A stretch of DNA of 64,000 nt, from the NCBI RefSeq assembly GCF_030144855.1, contig NC_082710.1, positions 152,954,001-153,018,000 of the forward strand. The letters run 5' to 3'. The position numbers and the translations under genes are program-made. This DNA is from Hypanus sabinus. Its lineage: Eukaryota. Each line of letters opens with the position of its first letter. Position 1 is the stretch's first letter. Positions 1 to 12,449 of the stretch are shown here, one piece after another. The notes below the pieces were generated by a model. That model worked only from the letters and a program-made list of their open reading frames with translations. It did no database searches and had not been told where the DNA came from.

Positions 1-165
1 GGGTGCAGACCACGCTGCTGCCTGCTACTTGACGGCATTGGAGTTGCTGCCTTCAAGATGACACAAAGATGTTGTGTCGTGAAATTGGCTGTATCCATGT
101 ATGGTTTGAATGACAATTAAATTTGATTTGATTTGATTTGGTCAGATTTTGATTTGATTTTGAAT
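1..165 (+). mobile_element. LINE 3' tail (Rex1/Babar or L2 type) with (ATTTG)n
   Basis: ...gaatgacaattaaa followed by ATTTG tandem repeats. Confidence 0.55.
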
Positions 166-169
166 CGAG

Positions 170-425
170 ACAGCCTGCAAATAAGGAACACTGAGCTGAA
201 CTGAACTATGTGTTTGATATTGTGTTTTATATTCTGTGTTTTTTGCTTGGTTTGTTGCTGTTTGTGTGATTTGTTTTTCTTTTGAGCATGGGGGGAGGCA
301 CACCCAATGTTATTTTCTCTTTGAATATGTTCCCTGGTTCTTCTTTGTTTCAAGGCTGTCTGTGGGGAAGATGAATTTCAGGGTTGTATACTGCATAAAT
401 ACATTGATAATAAGTGTGCTTTAAT
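170..425 (+). repeat. Unclassified interspersed repeat end, related to 62200-62680
   Basis: Shared tail: tttgtttcaaggctgtc...atttcagggttgtatactgcat vs cttgtttcatggatgttg...atttcaggctgtatactgtat. Confidence 0.5.
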
Positions 426-1359
426 TCTTTTAGAGTGAATCATGTGAAGCCAAATAGATTTAGTTTACTTTGGCATCATGGTCATCAGAGACATTGTAGG
501 CTGAACAGCCTGTTGCTGTGCAGTACTGTTCTATGTTCTAAAATCTAACACAATGATCATTTATTTCCCTGCATCATGTGTACCATTTGCTGTTACTGGG
601 CAATCTACAATGACAGAGATTTGCCTTTGCTATTGCCCTGTGATAACACTGTTTGGATGGGGGAACCAGTCATTTCCTTGCTATTTGAAGCTCGTGCCTT
701 AGTACTCCAGAGATCCAGGTTCAATCTGATCTCCAGCATTGTCGGTGTGATTTTTTTTCACATTGTCCCTGTGACTGCTCAGAGGTTCCAGTTCCTTCCT
801 CTATCCAAAACTTGGTCACTGTAAAGTTTCTCTGGTGTGTGTAGTAGAATCTGGGGGCAGTTGAGAAGTGTGAAGGAGAGTAAAATGGGATTGTGTACAG
901 GGATAGATACTCAGCACAGGCTATGTAGGCTGAAGAAAGTGTTTCCATGTCCTGATGCAAGGGAAAGAACCCCATATGAAGAAGTGTCTGTCTTCACCTG
1001 ATGTTTTTAAGAGTTCCTGCTCTGGCCCTTTGCCCTGATCTGGCTGAAAATCAGGCTGTGATGGAGGGGCAATAGCAGACTGGAGACTGACCTGACTGTG
1101 CTGATTACCTCTACAGGCATAGGGGGTCCCGAGGATTTGGGAAAATCCCTGTCCAGCTTCAAGTGACTAACAAAATGTACTCTCACCTCACTGCATGAAT
1201 GCTTGAAGCAGACACGGTATCTCTGTGTTATCCAGTGCTACCTCCCTGAGTTTGCGAAGCACCTAGGGGAGAGTTATTGGGGGAATATGCATGATCCCAG
1301 CCCTGAATATGGTCCAGTGAGTGTCTGGGTTCAGCAAGTGCTTCAGTCCCACAGGTTGT

Positions 1360-1620
1360 TCTGAAACTTGAGGTAAGATCATCAAGTGCTACAAGTAATT
1401 TCTTTAATTATCCATGTGATTTCTGCATTTGATGATCTTTTCAGATATACAGCGCCTCTAAGGCTTTAACCCCTTCCTTACGTGGGATGTCCAGGAATGT
1501 CTTGCCGTCCATTAATCCTGCTACAGTGTAGCCAAGTTGTGAAGTAGGAGTGGGGATATTCTATCTGTGAACAGCAGGATCCCACCCAGAGCAATTAAAT
1601 AATTACCAGATGCTTCTTAG
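1360..1620 (-). pseudogene. Candidate degenerate class I groove-domain exon
   Basis: YTVAGLMDGKTFL resembles the class I alpha1 strand motif FxxVGxVDGxQF; *LKK(Y)L resembles the alpha2 helix WLKKYL; stops and frameshifts present. Confidence 0.2.
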
Positions 1621-1800
1621 CTGTGGGCTGAGGGGAACATTGGCCTGAACGTGGTGACAGCTCTCCTGCTCTTTAAAACATACTGTGGGATTTTCTACAC
1701 CTGAGGTGCAAAGGAGGATTGGTCTAATGTCTTAACTGAAACAAAGCACCTTTGACAGTGTGGAAAACCGTCTGAACTGCTCTCTGATCGTGTAAAATTC
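1620..1800 (+). mobile_element. Deu-domain-type SINE remnant
   Basis: gggattttctacacctgag...gcacctttgacagtg resembles the Deu SINE core; recalled from memory, not aligned. Confidence 0.35.
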
Positions 1801-2140
1801 CCCCAATACCAAGACTCTGACAAGCCACCTGTACTCTCTATGAGGGATGGGAGGTGACTCAGTAATGGTTTTATGAGAGGCATCAATAGAGTGAAATCCC
1901 AGCAACCTTTTCCCAAGGTGGCAATGGCCAATACCAGGAGACATCATTTAAGGTGAATGGAGGGAAGTTTATGGAAGATGTCAGAAGTAGATTTTCTGAG
2001 ACAGTGAATGGCGGGTGTCTGGAATGCATTGCTGGGGGTGGTGGTAGATGCTAACACAATGGGGATATTTAGAAGTCCTTTAGATGGGCATATAGATGTA
2101 ACAAAAATAGATGGTCTGATGCAGTACTAGGAGGAAAGAT
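1800..2140 (+). mobile_element. CR1 LINE 3' fragment
   Basis: Typical CR1 RT C-terminal and 3' UTR phrases (gggtgtctggaatgcattgctgggggtggtggtaga...). Confidence 0.7.
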
Positions 2141-2939
2141 TAACACTGATCACACAGTACATTTTTATTGGACAAAACAACATCGTGGGCCAAAGGGACA
2201 GTACTGTTCCATGAAACACAATTGCAGAAATATTGCTGAACTGCTCTCTAATCATGTAGCACAGCACCCCCCCCCCCAAGGGTGCAGACATGCAATGCTG
2301 CAACATTGCCCCACTACCAATTCTTTGAACATGCACTGCTTCCTCCGTGCAACACTGCAGCTCACCAATGCCACAGTGCTCCCCTAGCACTGCACCTCTG
2401 ACACTGCTGCACTCTCTCGGTAATGGTGGATAATTCACTTCTGAATGTGAACCAGTGTCATTGCTCCAGTGGTGGGGACCATCTCTCCAGAGGTGCAGTG
2501 CTTCTGTGTAATGATCAATTTGGATTAGACCAGGTGAAAAGGAACTTCAATGGAATTAGTCCCAAATCCATGTAGCCAGACCAACCATCTCCCTGCATTG
2601 AAAGGGCAAAAAGCGTTGTGATCCATCTGTGCATGTCCAAAATGTTTGGAATTGACTTCTCAGCTCTGTTCTGTCTTTCCCAGTCCATCTCTTCCCACTT
2701 CTATTCATAACGTCACTTAGCCATGGAGAAACTGGCCCTTCAGCCTGCTGAGTCTGTGCTAACCCCCACACCCTAGATTTTCATACTCACACACTAGGAG
2801 GAACTTACAACTGTTTGCTAACCTAACAAGGAACATAAGGGACATTTCTTCGACAGGGAAGGAAACAGGGGCATCTGGGGAAAACCATTGTGGTCACAGA
2901 TTTTGCACCAAAGCACACCAAGGAGAGGAAGTTGTTGAG

Positions 2940-3240
2940 TTACACAAGGCACCTACTCCAGATAATTCAGATTTGCTTCTTCTCCCTGTATGCCCTTGGA
3001 ATTCTTCCTGGGTGGTTTGGTTTCTCCCCCCATCACAATGATGCACAGGTAGGTGCATTAAATGGCAACTGTAAATTGCCACTAGTGTCTGGGTGAGGGG
3101 CAGAATCTGAGCAGAAGATTGTGATAACATGGGGAGCATGAAATAAAAATATAGAACTAGTAAAACCGGTTGCTTGCTGGCAGTGTGGACACTGGGCTGG
3201 ATAGCCTGTTTCTGTCATTTTTTTGATGTTTTGCTTTTCA
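2940..3240 (+). mobile_element. V-SINE (HE1-like) remnant
   Basis: V-domain-like ggtggtttggtttctcccccca...ggcaactgtaaattgccactagtg and a CR1-like tail. Confidence 0.5.
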
Positions 3241-4559
3241 AACAGGCATTCAGCTTAGTTGTATCAGTTGAGTCTTTTTGTACAATTGGACTGGTAACTC
3301 CCTGTTGTTTTCTTGCACATAGACATAGACTCATACAGCACAGAACTAGACCCTTTGACCCACCAGGGTTATGCTGGCTGTCAACCACCCATTTGCTCAA
3401 ATTCAACACTGATCCCATTTTGTTTGTCACACATTTCGATAATTTTCCCCAATTCCCACACATTAGAGACAATTTACAGCAGCAAATTTATCTCCAAAGA
3501 GGTTTTGTCTTTGGAATGTGGAGAGAAAAATGATGCACTTGGGGGAATCTTGTGGGGTCACAGAGGTAAGTTGCAAACTCTTTGCTGACAGCACCAGAAG
3601 TCGGGATCAAACTTGGGTTTCTGAAGCTATGAGGCAGTGACTCCACCTTCTGCACCACTTTGCTGGATGAGCTTTTCTGCAAGTGAGAGTGTTTTCTGAT
3701 GGTTGCACACAGAGTGATTGATTGACATTGGACAGCACAGTGGGTGGAGGCAAAGCAGGAGTGAAGGGTGGGAGGTAGAGAGTGTGGTTCACATCATGAG
3801 TGGGAGAGGTAGGGGAAAGTGAGTAGCAGAGGAGTGAGGGTGACATGTTCAGGACTGAAGGTGAGTGGTGCAGAGTAAAGGAGGTAAAGAGTGACAGTGC
3901 AGGAATGAGGGTAACTGTAAGGAGTGTGGGTGAACATTGAGGGCAAGGTTTCAGGAGATGGAGGTCTACAGGAGAGTGAGGCGTCTGAGGTATACGAGAA
4001 TGAAGGATATAAAATTCATTGAAAATTTATTATCTAAACTATATAAACTACATTTCATGTTACCATATACTGTACTAACTACAGATTCCTTTTCTTGCAG
4101 GCATGTAAGGGAAAGAAAGAAATACAATTTTAAAAACAAATAAATGAAGAAAACCTGACAAACAACCACTGTGGAAAATAAGACAAACCGTAAATACAAA
4201 TAATACTGAGAACATGAGTTGTAAAGAGTCCTTGAAAATGAGTCTGGAGCTTATAAAATTAGTTCAGAGTAGTGGTGAATGAAGTTATCATGCCAATTTA
4301 GGAGCTGATGATTGTAGGGCAATAACTGTTTCTGCCCTGGTAATGTGAAGTCTAAGGTGTCTGTACATCCTACCCAATAGTAGTTGCAAGAAGACTGGAT
4401 GGTAGGGGTATTTGAAGATAGATATGTTTTGTTGTAACAGCTCTCCATGTAAGTGTACTGTAATGGACTGGTCTGTATATACCACTTTCAGTAGACTTTA
4501 AAGCTACTGACCCTCTTCACCTCTGATCAGCTAATAAGGACTGGCTTGTGAACCTCATG

Positions 4560-5530
4560 CTTCTTCCTCCTGCAGTTAATAATAAACTCTTTGGTTTTAC
4601 TGATGTTGAGTGAGAGATTGCTATTGTTCTACAAGCTCCCAAATCAATCCCTCCCTTTCCAATCGTAAATAAATCCTGTTCCTTGGAATTTATTCTAAAT
4701 GACTTCCCTACAACTCAGATAATGACTATCAGCCTCTAGTTACTTTGCACATTCCTGGTGCTCTTCTTGGATAAAAGAACATTACATATCCTCCAGCCCT
4801 CTGCTGCCTCACTATGGCTAACAAAAGTGAAAAATTCTCCACTTTGGCCCGAACTAACTCTAACTTTACTTCCTCTATTATCTGAGGATAAACCTTCCAC
4901 CAATTTAGGACAGAATATCGGTTGTGGTTGAAACCTGGAAAGTATGGCACATTGGGGAAGAGGGAAGAATGTGGCAGGGTGGGTGGTGGGAACGGGACTA
5001 CAGTAGGAGGAAGAACACCCGATGGATGGTGAAGGGAGAACGAATGGGGAGTGCAAGTGCACAGGGAAGGAAAGTCATGGCCATACCGCATGAAACAGGC
5101 AATTCAGTCCACCATGTCCATGTCAACCAGTGAGTACCCTGCCTTATTAAACTGATCTTCCAACAATTGTTCCTTTGTCTTCTGCAGCTGGGAGATACAC
5201 GTGTTTGTCCAGATGCAACTTCAGTGCTGTCAGTGATTCTGCTTCCAGAACTAACTGGAAATGTGTTCCAGATACTCACTGCTTTCTGGCAGAAAACGTC
5301 ATCCAGTCTTTTCCCTATTACCCAAGTCAATCACCTCAATAAATACCTGTGACACGAGGAGTAGAGTCTTGTACTCTATTTATACTCAATGCAATTTCAG
5401 GACCCCTCAAACAGCCTCTGTCCCGGGGAGAACAAATCCAGCCTCTCCAGCCTTTTCTCATTAATCAGCCATTCTAGATGCACGTCTTCTCCATCCTCTA
5501 TACTGTTCACAAATCCTTCTTGTAGTGTGG
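4560..5530 (-). mobile_element. CR1 fragments with an intervening Penelope-like fragment (about 4880-5060)
   Basis: Reverse-strand CR1 ORF2 and 3' phrases; purine-rich Penelope-like segment similar to 49540-50620. Confidence 0.55.
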
Positions 5531-5989
5531 AACTGCACACAAGCTCCAACACTCAAGAGGGAGGAGAGCGCACACGGTGCAGTCGACAGTGCAGTTCATG
5601 GGTAGGGATGCATGAATGAACGTGGGAAAGCGTACGGGGGTGGGGGAGATTTGGGGAAAGAGCGTGCGGGGTTAGAGTGTGCTTGGGCGGCACGGGGGCG
5701 CGTGCACGAATGAAGAACGCGCACATAGGAATAGAAAAGGGTGGGTGTAGGCAAGTGGGAGGAGGGAGAGGGATAGGTGCAGATTGGGGAGCAATTAGTT
5801 TGCAGGGAAGTCCGCACTGGTGTCTGGCAGTGTGTTGTATGAAGTATAATCTTAGTTGTCCAGGAGCGGGGGCGCAAGACACGAGATCCGCAGAATCGAG
5901 TGGATAGAGCCTCGTGAGTGTACAGTCGCTAGAATTTAGAGCAGAATCTAAAATTCTGGGGGATCTCGTGTGGAGGGAAGTGGACAGTC

Positions 5990-6150
5990 GACATTTTGGA
6001 ATCTTATCTTTACTCTCAGTCCTTCACCTAGCTGGCTACCTGCCCTTTGACCTTCCAGTCTAGAGGAGGGATCTCGACCCAAAACGTCGTCTGTGCATTT
6101 CCCTCAATAGATGCATCCCGACCCGCTCAGTTCTTGCATCAGTTTTGTTT
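5990..6150 (+). mobile_element. Penelope-like element 3' end
   Basis: ccagtctagaggagggatctcgacccaaaacgtcgtctg...gacccgctcagttcttgcatc matches the Penelope ends at 40930 and 48620. Confidence 0.65.
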
Positions 6151-6155
6151 TACAG

Positions 6156-6235
6156 CAGGGGTTCCCAACCTGGGGTTCATGGACCCCTTGCTTAATGGTA
6201 CTGGTCGATGGAATTAAAAAGATTGGGAACCCCTG
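6156..6235. mobile_element. 80-bp hAT-type MITE
   Basis: Perfect 13-bp TIR CAGGGGTTCCCAA...TTGGGAACCCCTG; flanks ttttacag / ttttatac resemble a decayed 8-bp TSD. Confidence 0.8.
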
Positions 6236-6359
6236 TTTTATACAGTGGCTGGTGACGGTTTTTGGCGAGCATCTACTGAGAGGATCCTGGAAACCTGCCC
6301 AGAGACATGTCGGTGACTGGGCGTTGCTGCCTGCGCCCCCCTGTCGCTGTCTGCACGTG

Positions 6360-6950
6360 TCCACATCCTTACATGAAGAGGTTTGGCTCCGCACCCTGCC
6401 TCTGCACATCCTGTACCTGGCCGGCTGTCTACCGCCCCACCTCCCTCCCTCCCTCTCTCCACACTCCGGAGCAGCGGCGGGGCTGTTTATTTCTGCAGGA
6501 AGATTTTTAATTACAGGAGTTCTTACTGGTTGTTCCTTGTAGAGAGCGCTATTTATCCCCGAATTGCCTCCGTGAATTTTAACTGCGCACTCAGCAGTTT
6601 ATTGGCAAACGAGTAGATTTGTCGAGGTGCGATGACACCGCAATGGAGAGTCGGAACGGACTGGGATCGCTCCTTTTCACCATACTGTCTCTCTGCGGGA
6701 AGCCAGGCTGGGAAGGCGAGGCTGTGTGATTGTTTTAAAGGACTGGGGTTGCGATTTGAAAACTCACCGCTAATCTCGAGAGATCCCAGGCTCTCCGTTG
6801 GAGATCCTCCATTAGACTGGAGAACTGCTACATCGCACTGATACAGAGGAAATCCAAGATGCTGGGGAATTTCTGGAGTCTATAAGTTCGGGATAAAATT
6901 ATCACTGAAAATGTTCAACTGGTCATTGAGATTTGTCGCGGATTCCAAAA
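6360..6950 (+). pseudogene. Decayed inverted paralogue of the class I-like promoter, leader exon and proximal intron 1
   Basis: ATG 6643 MESRNGLGSLLFTILSLC vs [18 protein letters not shown]; shared blocks ggtttggctccgc, gggaagccag, cattagac, atttctggagtc; 8-nt deletion and GT donor lost. Confidence 0.8.
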
Positions 6951-7029
6951 GATCTCTTTTCTCTATGAAGTTTAACAGCAGCTGGCAGATCTACATAAGG
7001 TGCATTACCGCCACCTACTTAATTGGGGT

Positions 7030-9330
7030 GTGGAGTAAAGAGACGGGACTAATATACACGATATCACCTCACCCCCGCCCCCCCCACACGAACCATCACC
7101 AAGAAATCCTCAAATAATATCAAAATGAAAGTCAATGCTCACTTAAACACATGAGATGGCAGTGGTATCATAACAAACTTTCCATGTTCACCTGTGTGCC
7201 AAAGATGGCTATTCAGCAATAAGATGTTTCCTTTCCACCTCTAAGGAACTACATTCAAACAATGTATGCTGCACTGTTTCTTGACAAATATACTCACTGC
7301 AGATGCTAATGTCATGCATATTATTCAACTTAGTATTTCCAATATGTAAATGTATAAGTATGACTTCTTTCCTTTCATACCCATCTGCTAGTTGAGTTCC
7401 CACCATCCTATGAATTTTATTTAAAAGCCATTGTTTTATTCCCTTATCCCAACTAAAAAGGTACTTCACCTATTTATCCCACTAATAGTGGTATTTGGGA
7501 AATTTAATAGTACCACAACATAATCTGAATGCTTGAGCTTGAATTTTATTTAGAGTCTTTAAGACTTTTAGTGAGGCTGATCCATAAGTAACACATCCAT
7601 AATCAAACAAATCTGATTAAAGCAATATACATTTATTTAACTGACCTCCTACTCACACCCAACTAAGCAACTGAGCACATTAACGGCTTTTTATATTTCT
7701 CGGGAATTTTATTCACATACACTTTTCATGTTACCCTTGAATCTATCCACATATCTACCACAAATATAAAACTTCATCAGTATCTTTTGTTTAAGTGATG
7801 TAGCATATAACTTGAGATCATGTCTGGGTGTAATGTTCCTTTCAGAAAAGCAAATAAATTTAGACCATGCAAGAAAAAATTTAAACACACACGGACATCA
7901 CACAGACCTCCTCTCCAGCATTAACTCAAAAGAGTCCGGTTTGTAGCTAAGGGTGGATCCAGCCTTTCTGATGAGTCTATTTAGGCTTTCTGCATCATCA
8001 GCACCGATGCTGCTCCCCCAACATAAAGCAGCAAAGGAGACTTGCTACAACAGACTGGTAAGTGATTTCCAATATCTTGCTGCACACATTGAAGGATCTC
8101 AGCTTCACTAAATTTCAACCCACAATTGACTCGTAAACAACCCAAAACTCCAAAAGTCTACTGAATATGCTAGCTCATTTTTGACAAATGTAGCCACTCC
8201 TCCAATGCCCATTTTCCAATCATGGCTTATGTTAACATAGTTTTGTATTTTGAAACTTACAGGATTTCAACCAGGTTTCCTGTACACATGACATGAGGTT
8301 TATTAGTAAATCTTCAACATCTTGACCATTAGTTAACAGGCTTCGAGAATTCCATTGTAAGATTAAAAAGCCATTAACAACTCTCCTTTGAAATGTGAAC
8401 ATTTTTACTCCTTGAAAGGCATCATTAATAGCTTCTGGAGTCTCTTGTCTCAATGTTTTCTTCTGCTTTTCACATCATTTTAATATTTTGTCCTATTTTA
8501 GTTTGTGCTGTACAATTCACCACATCTGCCATGAAAGTTTATCAACAATCAGAGAATCCCTTATTATACAATAATGCACTTTACACAATGCCATTAAACT
8601 ATCTGCATTCTGGATATTAATCGATCCCATTGACACTGTCTTCTATACTTTCTGCAGAGCCTCTGCATATGATATGCCTATTTCCATCCAAACACAGCAA
8701 TATGCAGGACATCCCGGATAATCAAGCTATGTTTTCCTTTACAGTTGCTACAATTTAGCCTAATGCTTTCTCCAGAATTGCAATAATCACCACATCTACC
8801 ACACTGCTTTTTACCCTTACACACTGCTACTACACCACTAAAGAAGTTTTAACTTTGCCATGGATACATCTAGAGGCACTCCAGAGATTACACCCCAAAG
8901 CCATTGTGTATAATTACTTGGTGTTATTTTTTTTCCTCCCACTGCTTTTAACCCCCATAGTTTTCTCATATTGCTTTCTATCCTTGTAATATCTCTATAA
9001 AGGTTTTGCATGCACAATATTTCACAATTTTTCAGATCGATAGTTGCTATGATTGGATTTATATTGGAGGCAGATCCACATTCAAAACCTTAAACTCTTC
9101 CTTCTTTTAGTTAAATCCTGTCGACTGCCATCGTCACTGGAAGATAAGCCTCTACAATCTTCAAAGAGCTTTTTATTTCTCAGTTTCCCAGAAATCTGCC
9201 ATTTGCCTTCCTCCATACACCTCCCAGTCGCTACCGCCAAGGTCCCCGTCGCTTCCAGCCATTTCTACCCCCTCCTGCCTGACAGAAAACTCCCAACGGT
9301 GGGCTTAGTCCATTGTTCCAACCCCAGTCA
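7030..9330 (-). mobile_element. I/Nimb-clade LINE remnant, internally deleted, with a Rex1/Babar piece at about 7890-8040
   Basis: Gag-like Cys/His knuckle region about 8600-8760; APE start ILQWNSRSL...VQETWLK (8232..8453); C-terminal HIGNTKLN...CQETVQHTLFEC (7209..7469). Confidence 0.6.
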
Positions 9331-10176
9331 GCTTAATTAGCTCTGTGGATGACTTGCAAGCATATGCAAACCTTCCCAGCCCCTCAGATGCCCAAGGATG
9401 ACAACCGCATCACCTTAAGACAGACATCACACAAAAACCACTGATTTCCCTCAGGGTAGCAAACACCTCCTCCTCTATAATCTGCCCAGGATCCATGAAG
9501 TTGATGCTGCCTTGCCTCACTTCTGTTAAGTCTGTGTCTATCTCCTGAGTAAATAAAGATGGAAAGAATGTGTTTAAGATTTCTCCCATCTGTTTCAGCT
9601 CCACACTCAGATTACTATTCTGATCTTCCAGTGGACCAATGTTGTCCATTGCAATCCTTTTGCTCTTAATATATCTATAGTATCCTTTGGGATTCTCCTT
9701 GACCTTCTCTGCTTGAGCAACTTTATGTCTTAGCCTTACTGATTTCTTTCTTAAGTGTTCTCTTGCATTTCTTGTACTCCATCAGCACCTCATTTGTTTC
9801 CCCACTGCCTATGCCTGCTCGACACTTTCTTTTTTCTCTTAACCTGGGGCTCAACATTTCTTGAAACCCAAGGCTCCCTGCACTTCTCATCTTTACCTTT
9901 TATTTAGCAAGTACATACAGTTTTGTACTCTCAAAATTTGTTTTTGAAGTCCTCTCACCTTCCAAGTACTCCTTGACAAAAAAATAGCCTGTCACAATCC
10001 ACAGTTACCAGATTCTTTCTTGTACCATCAAAATTAGACTTTCTCCAAGTCAGAATCTCAACCAGTGGACTGGACCTATCTTTTTGCATATTTACCTTGA
10101 AACTAAATGCATTATGGGCACTGGATGCAAAGTGTTCCCCTATACAAACTAATGTCACCTGCCCTGTATCATTGTA

Positions 10177-10181
10177 TGTGT

Positions 10182-10260
<79 letters not shown>
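10177..10260. repeat. (TG)n microsatellite
   Basis: About 40 TG units with one interruption. Confidence 0.98.
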
Positions 10261-10261
<1 letters not shown>

Positions 10262-10625
10262 CCTTCATTGGTCATGGTCGACCATGGGTACTGCACCTCT
10301 GGTAGTCACTGCAGTGGCCTCTTCAGGGCGCAAGCCAGGGCAGAATTGATATGGAGATCCATCTGTGCCCATGCAGTGGGACCCCTCTCTCCATGCTGAT
10401 GACAGGTCCAGAGGAACAACGAAAGTTGATACAGTTTGGTGCCTGCAGCATTGCAGGAGTTGCTGAGCCGGTTCTGGGTACAGCAGTCAGCCGTTTTCGG
10501 GACTCTGATTCTGGATTTTTCCTCGAGGTTTACCCCAAACCCTTTCCCATGAGCAGGTATAGTTGCACGGCAGCGGAGGTTTGAAATTTGAGTTTTCCTT
10601 CTCCGACATGAGCTACCATCCATGG
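10260..10625 (-). mobile_element. RTE-like non-autonomous repeat, copy 1
   Basis: Shares ggatttttcc...tttacccc/tcccaaa...ttcccatgag...gaggtttga...gagttttccttctcc with 11720-12020. Confidence 0.5.
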
Positions 10626-11399
10626 TTAATGAGCCCCACCTGTCCAGTCATTCCCTAATAGCAGATCAAGTATCCATAATGCCATAAGACATAGGAGCAG
10701 CATTAGGCCATCTGATCCATCGAGTCTTCTCCGGCATTCAATCATGGCTAATCCTTTTTTTTTCTCCTCCTCAACCCTAGTTCCCGGCCTTCTCCCCATA
10801 ACATTTGATGCTAAGTCCAATCAAGAACCTATCAATCTCTGCCTTAAATACACCCAGCGACCTGGCCTCCACAGCTGCCTGTGGCAACAGATTCCGCAAA
10901 TTCACCACCTTTGAGGGGAACTGCCACAGGGGTGCTCTGCTGTAACTGCCTATTTCTATTTTCCTAACTCCTGCAGCTTCGGGGTGCATACTACCTGTAA
11001 CTTTGATCAATTATCTGCTCAGTCTCCTGTATAATCCAAAGGTCATCCAGTTCCTGCTCCAGATCCCTAACACTGTCTTTAAGGAGCTGCAGGCAGATGC
11101 ACTTCATGCAGGTGTAGATCTCCGGAAGATTCTGGGTCTCCCAGTTCTCCAACATCTGGCACGAAGTGCACATTACAGCCATTTAATTAGTATAGTAAAA
11201 GAGGATTTAAAAAAAACAAAAAGCAAACGATAACAGACACCTTATAGTCCCACCCAACCTCAATTTAACTATATATTGCTTAAAGGCAAATTACACACTG
11301 CAGATTGCAGTGAGAGTAATTCAAAGGAGATATATTTAGAAGTATTGTACATAGCCCACAGAATGTCGCCGTGATTCACCGGCACCATACTGCACCTTT

Positions 11400-12240
11400 A
11401 TCAAACCCCATTTTTAGAGTCACCCCATACTGTATGTGTGGCGTGTCATGGCGAAGGCCTCTTTCATGTCCGACCTGACATGGGAGACATCCAGCCCTCT
11501 CTTCAGCATTTAGTCGATGATATCCCTGAGTAGCTCGAGTCTGTCAGAGATTTTCCTGCCCGGTACAGAATACTGAAGAGAAGTGCTGCGGGAGCTCTGC
11601 GCTGTCAGAGCAGCGGTATTTAGTGACTTCAGCAGTGGTCGGAGACAATACTGAGAGAGCACTGCAGAGTGAAGCGATCGGCACTGATGGGCTTGTTGAG
11701 GCTTCTGTCGGTCAGCGTTGACCATGGATGTGTCATCCTAGCTGTCCAGATACGCAAGCCTGGGCAATACAATGTGGAGAACGAGCTGTTGCCCATGTAG
11801 CAAGCTCTCTCTCTCTCTCCGGGCATCTGATGAACCGAGAGGAACAGCAGAGACCGATACACTTTGGCACCAGCTGAGTCGCGGGATTTGCCAGTCAGCG
11901 ATAAACTCAATGTACGGACTGCAGCTCCAGATTTTTCCCTCAGGGTTTACTCCCAAAGCCTTCCCCATGAGTGGGTATAGCTGCAAGGCAGCAGAGGTTT
12001 GAGATCAGAGTTTTCCTTCTCCTAGATCAATTGCCAAGCAGGGCTGGCGAGCCGCATCTGCCTGAGGTGACTGGTTTTAAAGTGACAGTACGGTAACCCA
12101 GCTTTGGTCCTTCTCCTGTCAGTAGAAACAGTTCCGCTGGGCTAGGTAGCTGAACCACACAGGGAGATCAGGAACTGGACTGGGTTGTCAGGCTATTTGA
12201 GTCGCACCCCATTAGACAGTGGCAGCGTATCCCCATTGCC
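11400..12240 (-). mobile_element. RTE-like non-autonomous repeat, copy 2
   Basis: Homologous to copy 1 and CpG-retaining; RTE assignment and strand are inferred from recalled similarity. Confidence 0.5.
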
Positions 12241-12449
12241 ACCCCGGCGATAGCAACCTTAAAGGAACTAACTGATGGACGTCCGCACTGTTAGAAGGAC
12301 AATAAAGTAACACTCCAATAATCAACTAACTGGCTTTTCAGCGATCACAAAGGTTCAGAATCCAGCTCAGCAGGTAATGTTTGCCGGGCTCCCTCTCACT
12401 GAAGCCCTGCTTCTTCCGGTCCATCACTGAAACCTGCGCACCCTTTCTG

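Larger units (their letters stand above)
9400..11220 (-). mobile_element. Fragmented CR1 LINE (ORF1 zinc finger and ORF2 pieces) with nested insertions
   Basis: AVMCTSCQM...YTCMKCICLQLL (10991..11182); DNIGPLEDQ...MGEILNTFF (9410..9649). Confidence 0.75.

Noticed and set aside
1185-1263. Minus-strand AG/GT-bounded segment VLRKLREVALDNTEIPCLL resembling a nuclear-receptor LBD helix
   Set aside because: Ends in a stop, and no phase-compatible neighbouring exon was found.
9955-10399. ORFs with (HT)n and (CV)n repeats
   Set aside because: Translation artefacts of the TG microsatellite.
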